Part shown: positions 18,350 through 22,106 of the stretch, in pieces
Layout: the number at the start of each line of letters is the position of its first letter
Numbering within the stretch: position 1 is the first letter of the stretch
NCBI GenBank assembly: GCA_044222065.1
Contig: JBGAOA010000070.1
Coordinates: forward strand, 1 to 22,106
Source: Candidatus Eiseniibacteriota bacterium
GTDB taxonomy: Bacteria > Eisenbacteria > RBG-16-71-46
DNA: 22,106 bases
Reading direction: 5' to 3'
Notes under the pieces: model-generated
What the model saw: the letters and a program-made list of their open reading frames with translations, nothing else
Told to the model about the DNA's origin: nothing
Databases searched by the model: none
Position numbers and translations under genes: made by a program

Positions 18350-20533
18350 ATGGAACAGAAAGTTTCGCTGGACCTGGGCGGTCAGACGCTCACCCTCAGC
18401 ACCGGAAAGTGGGCGAAGCTCGCGGGCGGCTCGGCCGTCGTGCAGCTCGGAGGCACCGTCGTGCTGGTGGCCGCGAGCGCGGCCAAGAGCGCGAAGCCGG
18501 GACTCGATTTCGTGCCGCTCACCGTGGACTACCGGGAGCGCACGTACGCCGCCGGCAAGATTCCGGGCGGCTTCTTCAAGCGTGAAGGGCGCCCGACCGA
18601 GAAGGAGACGCTGAGCTCGCGCCTCATCGACCGTCCGATCCGGCCGCTGTTCTCGAAGCAGTTCCCGTACGAGACGCAGATCATGGCGACGGTCGTGTCG
18701 TCGGATCAGGAGAACGACGCCGACGTGCTCGCGCTCATCGGCGCGTCCGCGGCGCTCACGCTGTCGGACATTCCGTTCCCCGAGCCCGTCGCCGGCGTGC
18801 GCGTCGGCCGCGTGGAAGGCCAGCTCGTCGTGAACCCGACGTTCGCCCAGCTCGACGAGAGCGACATCGACATGGTCGTCGCGGGCACGGCGGACAACAT
18901 CATCATGGTCGAAGGCGGCTGCCGCGAGATCCCCGAGTCGGACATCATCGCCGCGCTCGAATTCGCGATGAGCCACATCCGCCGCATCGTCCAGCTCCAG
19001 CTGGAACTCGTCGCGGGACGCGCCAAGACGAAGCGCCCGCTGATCGAGAAGGTGGACGTCTCCGAGCTCGAGCGCGATCTGCGCGATCGCTACACCGAGC
19101 GCCTCAAGGCGGCGATCCGCATTCCGGGCAAGGAGCAGCGCCAGGAAGAGATCGACAACACCGGCGCCGAAGCGGTGGCCGCGCTCACCGAGAAGTACGG
19201 CGACAAGGCCGTGTACATCGGCAAGATCCTGCACGAGATCGAGCGCGACCTGCTGCGCGCGATGATCCTCGACGAGGGCGTGCGCGCGGACGGCCGCAAC
19301 CCGGACCAGATCCGTCCGATCACGATCGAGGTCGGCGTGCTGCCCCGCACCCACGGTTCGTGCCTGTTCACGCGCGGCGAGACGCAGGCGCTCGTCGTGA
19401 CGACGCTCGGCACGAAGAGCGACGAGCAGCGCATCGAGGAGCTCGAGGGCCAGTCGTGGAAGTCGTACATGCTCCACTACAACTTCCCGCCGTTCTCTGT
19501 CGGCGAGGTGCGCCCGATCCGCGGGCCGGGCCGTCGCGAGATCGGCCACGGTGCGCTCGCCGAGCGCTCGATCGAGCCCGTGATCCCGTCGGACTCGAAC
19601 TTCCCGTACACGATCCGCATCGTGAGCGACATCCTCGAGTCGAACGGCTCGAGCTCGATGGCCTCGGTGTGCGGCGGCTCGATGGCGCTCATGGACGCCG
19701 GCGTTCCGGTGAAGGCGCCGGTCGCGGGCATCGCGATGGGCCTCATCAAGGAAGGCGAGCGCGTCGCCGTCCTCACCGACATCCTCGGCGTCGAAGATCA
19801 CCTCGGCGACATGGACTTCAAGGTGACGGGCACGCGCGAGGGCGTCACGGCCTTCCAGATGGACACGAAGATCGGCGGCATCTCGTTCCAGGTGCTGACG
19901 AACGCGCTCGAGCGCGCGCGCCTCGGCCGCGTGCACATCCTCGACAAGATGCACGCGACGCTGCCCGCTCCGCGCACGGAGATGTCGCCGTACGCGCCGC
20001 GCATCATCATCCTGCACATCCACCCGGACAAGATCCGCGAGGTCATCGGACCGGGCGGCAAGGTGATCAAGCGCATCACCGAAGAGACCGGCACGCAGAT
20101 CGACATCGAGGACTCGGGCGAGGTGCGGGTCGCGGCGGTGAACGGCGAAGGCGGCCGTCGCGCCGAGGAAATGATCCGCAACATCGTCGAGGACCCGGAG
20201 CCGGGCCGCATCTACAACGGCAAGGTCCGCAGCGTCGTGACGTTCGGCGCATTCGTCGAGATCGTGCCGGGCCGCGACGGGCTGCTCCACATCTCCGAGA
20301 TCGAACACCATCGCGTCGCGCGGACGGAGGACGTGCTGAACGTCGGCGACACCGTGATGGTGAAGGTGATCGGCGTGGACAAGGACGGGAAGATCCGGCT
20401 GTCGCGCAAGGCGCTGCTCCCCGAGCCCGAGGGCGCGGCCGCGGCGAGCGGCGGCGGCGGACGGGAACGGGAATACGATCGCGGACACGACCGCGGCCGC
20501 GACCGAGATCGCGATCGCGGGCGCCGGCGCTGA
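18350..20533 (+). CDS. pnp: Polyribonucleotide nucleotidyltransferase (PNPase), 727 aa
   Basis: DFVPLTVDYRE..YAAGKIPGGFFKREG, HGSCLFTRGETQ, RREIGHG.LAER, LESNGSSSMASVC, DILG.ED..GDMDFKV, then KH (IGPGGKVI) and S1 domains. ATG 18350 is preferred over GTG 18311. Confidence 0.97.
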   Translation: MEQKVSLDLGGQTLTLSTGKWAKLAGGSAVVQLGGTVVLVAASAAKSAKPGLDFVPLTVDYRERTYAAGKIPGGFFKREGRPTEKETLSSRLIDRPIRPLFSKQFPYETQIMATVVSSDQENDADVLALIGASAALTLSDIPFPEPVAGVRVGRVEGQLVVNPTFAQLDESDIDMVVAGTADNIIMVEGGCREIPESDIIAALEFAMSHIRRIVQLQLELVAGRAKTKRPLIEKVDVSELERDLRDRYTERLKAAIRIPGKEQRQEEIDNTGAEAVAALTEKYGDKAVYIGKILHEIERDLLRAMILDEGVRADGRNPDQIRPITIEVGVLPRTHGSCLFTRGETQALVVTTLGTKSDEQRIEELEGQSWKSYMLHYNFPPFSVGEVRPIRGPGRREIGHGALAERSIEPVIPSDSNFPYTIRIVSDILESNGSSSMASVCGGSMALMDAGVPVKAPVAGIAMGLIKEGERVAVLTDILGVEDHLGDMDFKVTGTREGVTAFQMDTKIGGISFQVLTNALERARLGRVHILDKMHATLPAPRTEMSPYAPRIIILHIHPDKIREVIGPGGKVIKRITEETGTQIDIEDSGEVRVAAVNGEGGRRAEEMIRNIVEDPEPGRIYNGKVRSVVTFGAFVEIVPGRDGLLHISEIEHHRVARTEDVLNVGDTVMVKVIGVDKDGKIRLSRKALLPEPEGAAAASGGGGREREYDRGHDRGRDRDRDRGRRR

Positions 20534-20560
20534 GCCGGCCACCCCGCATCGGGAAGGCGT

Positions 20561-20593
20561 GCGAGTGGCAGGGCGACCTGCCACTCGCCGTTT
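20561..20593 (+). terminator. Strong hairpin after pnp (weak terminator or mRNA-stabilising stem)
   Basis: Perfect 12-bp stem GCGAGTGGCAGG / CCTGCCACTCGC with a GCGA tetraloop, followed only by CGTTT and then the next gene's GGAGG. Confidence 0.45.
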
Positions 20594-20605
20594 GGAGGCG
20601 ATCCG

Positions 20606-21892
20606 TTGAGCGCTGATCCGCAGTTCCGCCGCAGCGTGCTGCCGTCGGGACTGGCCGTGGTCACGGAGCGGCTGCCGCACCGGCAATCGCTCTCGTTCGG
20701 CGTGTGGTGCCGCAGCGGCGCACGCGACGAGCCGGTCGAACGCCTCGGCATCTCGCACTTCATCGAGCACATGATGTTCAAGGGCACCGCGACGCGCGAC
20801 GCGCGCGCGATCGCCGCGAGCCTCGAGTCGGTCGGCGGGCACCTCGACGCGTTCACCTCGCGCGAGCAGGTCTGCTACTACGCGCGCACGCTGTCCGAGT
20901 ACCTGCCCGAAGTCGTGGACGTGCTCTCGGACATCGTGTGCCGCTCCGCGTTCGCCGACGGCGAGATCGCGCGCGAGAAGTCCGTCGTGCGCGAAGAGAT
21001 CTTCCAGTGCGCGGACGATCCCGACGACCGCGTCACGGAGCTGTTCGCCGAGCAGCTGTGGGGCGCGCACGGGCTCGGGCGTCCGATCCTCGGCACCGTC
21101 GAGACCGTCGAGGGCCTCGATCGCGACGGCCTGTGCGACTACTTCCGCGCCCGTTACCGCGCCGACCAGCTCGTCGTCTCCGCGGCCGGCGACGTCGAGC
21201 ACGACCGCGTGCTCGAACGCCTCGCCGTGCTGTTCGATCCGCCGGCGGGCGAGCCGCGCGAACTCTCGCAGGCCCCCGGCGCGTTCGCCCCGTACGTGCG
21301 CCACGAGGCGAACGAGGACCTGCAGCAGCTGTACCTGGCGCTCGGCACGCGCGGCATCGCCTACGGCGACGCGGACCGCTTCGCGCTCGTGCTGCTGCAC
21401 ACGCTGCTCGGCGGCGGCATGAGCTCGCGCCTGTTCCAGAGCGTGCGCGAAGAGGCGGGGCTCGCCTACTCCGTGTACTCGAACGTGGATTTCCACCGCG
21501 ACTGCGGCGGCATTTCGATCCACCTCGGCGTTTCGCCGGCACGCGGTCGGGAGTCGCTCGCCCGAGTGCGCGACGAACTCGAACGGCTCGCGGCCGAGGG
21601 CCCCGCGGCGGACGAAGTCGAGGCCGCACGCGCCCAGGTGCGCGGCAACCTGCTGATGGGGCAGGAGAGCGTGTCGAATCGCATGTACCAGCTCGCGCAC
21701 GACGAGATCTATGCGGGGCGTTACGTCCCCGCCGAAGAGCACCTCGAGCGCGTGCTCGCCGTGACGCACGCCGACGTCGCGCGCATCGCATCGCGCTTCC
21801 TCGTTCCCGGACGCTTCACGCTGACCGCGCTGGGGCCGACGCCGGGAGGCGCGCTGACCGAACGCGACTGGGCGGCCCCGATCGCCGACTGA
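20606..21892 (+). CDS. M16 (pitrilysin/insulinase) family zinc metallopeptidase, 428 aa
   Basis: TTG start after GGAGG (20594-20598). Inverted zinc motif GISHFIEHMMFKGT, AFTSRE, EKSVVREEI, LGGGMSSRLFQ.VRE..GLAYSV. Common position downstream of pnp. Confidence 0.92.
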   Translation: MSADPQFRRSVLPSGLAVVTERLPHRQSLSFGVWCRSGARDEPVERLGISHFIEHMMFKGTATRDARAIAASLESVGGHLDAFTSREQVCYYARTLSEYLPEVVDVLSDIVCRSAFADGEIAREKSVVREEIFQCADDPDDRVTELFAEQLWGAHGLGRPILGTVETVEGLDRDGLCDYFRARYRADQLVVSAAGDVEHDRVLERLAVLFDPPAGEPRELSQAPGAFAPYVRHEANEDLQQLYLALGTRGIAYGDADRFALVLLHTLLGGGMSSRLFQSVREEAGLAYSVYSNVDFHRDCGGISIHLGVSPARGRESLARVRDELERLAAEGPAADEVEAARAQVRGNLLMGQESVSNRMYQLAHDEIYAGRYVPAEEHLERVLAVTHADVARIASRFLVPGRFTLTALGPTPGGALTERDWAAPIAD

Positions 21893-22106
21893 CCCGGCGG
21901 CCGGACCGGGGTCGAAGGGGGCCCGCGCTTCGTGAGACAATCGCCCGGTTCGACACACCCGTCCGGCCCTCGACCGGTCTCGCCGCGCCAATCGCCGTGC
22001 GTCCACGGGGTTGTGCGACCGAGGCCGGGCGATCACTCGGCGCACTCACGGTCATGACCCTTCCCCCGAATCCCCCGACCGAAACTCCGTCGCGCGCCGA
22101 GCGCGC

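Noticed and set aside
18230..22045. 1271-aa minus-strand ORF
   Set aside because: Antisense shadow of pnp and the M16 gene. It is Arg/Ala/His/Asp-biased with no family motif, and high-GC codon bias removes stops on the opposite strand.
22054..22106. CDS start at the right edge (MTLPPNPPTETPSRAER)
   Set aside because: Only 17 codons are visible, with no SD and no motif, so it cannot be supported as a feature.

Overview
Very GC-rich bacterial chromosome segment from a diderm (LPS-exporting) organism. The left half is an envelope locus: the 3' part of a ComB-family 2-phosphosulfolactate phosphatase gene, a ~160-bp structured inverted-repeat element between two convergent stop codons, and lptF-lptG (minus strand). 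Divergent from these are a 2183-aa SprA/Sov-like giant outer-membrane beta-barrel (type IX secretion translocon family) and an M28-family lipoprotein resembling Bacteroidota-type glutaminyl cyclase. The right half is the conserved translation/RNA cluster rimP-nusA-infB-DUF503-rbfA-truB-ribF-rpsO-pnp-M16 peptidase, with sigma70-like promoters, a rimP leader hairpin and a candidate pseudoknotted rpsO leader. SD-led genes, TTGxxx/TAnnnT promoters and high GC argue against Bacteroidota, so an FCB-related lineage (e.g. Eisenbacteria-, Latescibacteria- or Gemmatimonadota-like) is inferred, not shown. The best lead is the lptFG <-> sprA-glutaminyl cyclase module, a possible T9SS-related export system outside Bacteroidota. 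All calls come from reading motifs by eye; no searches were run.
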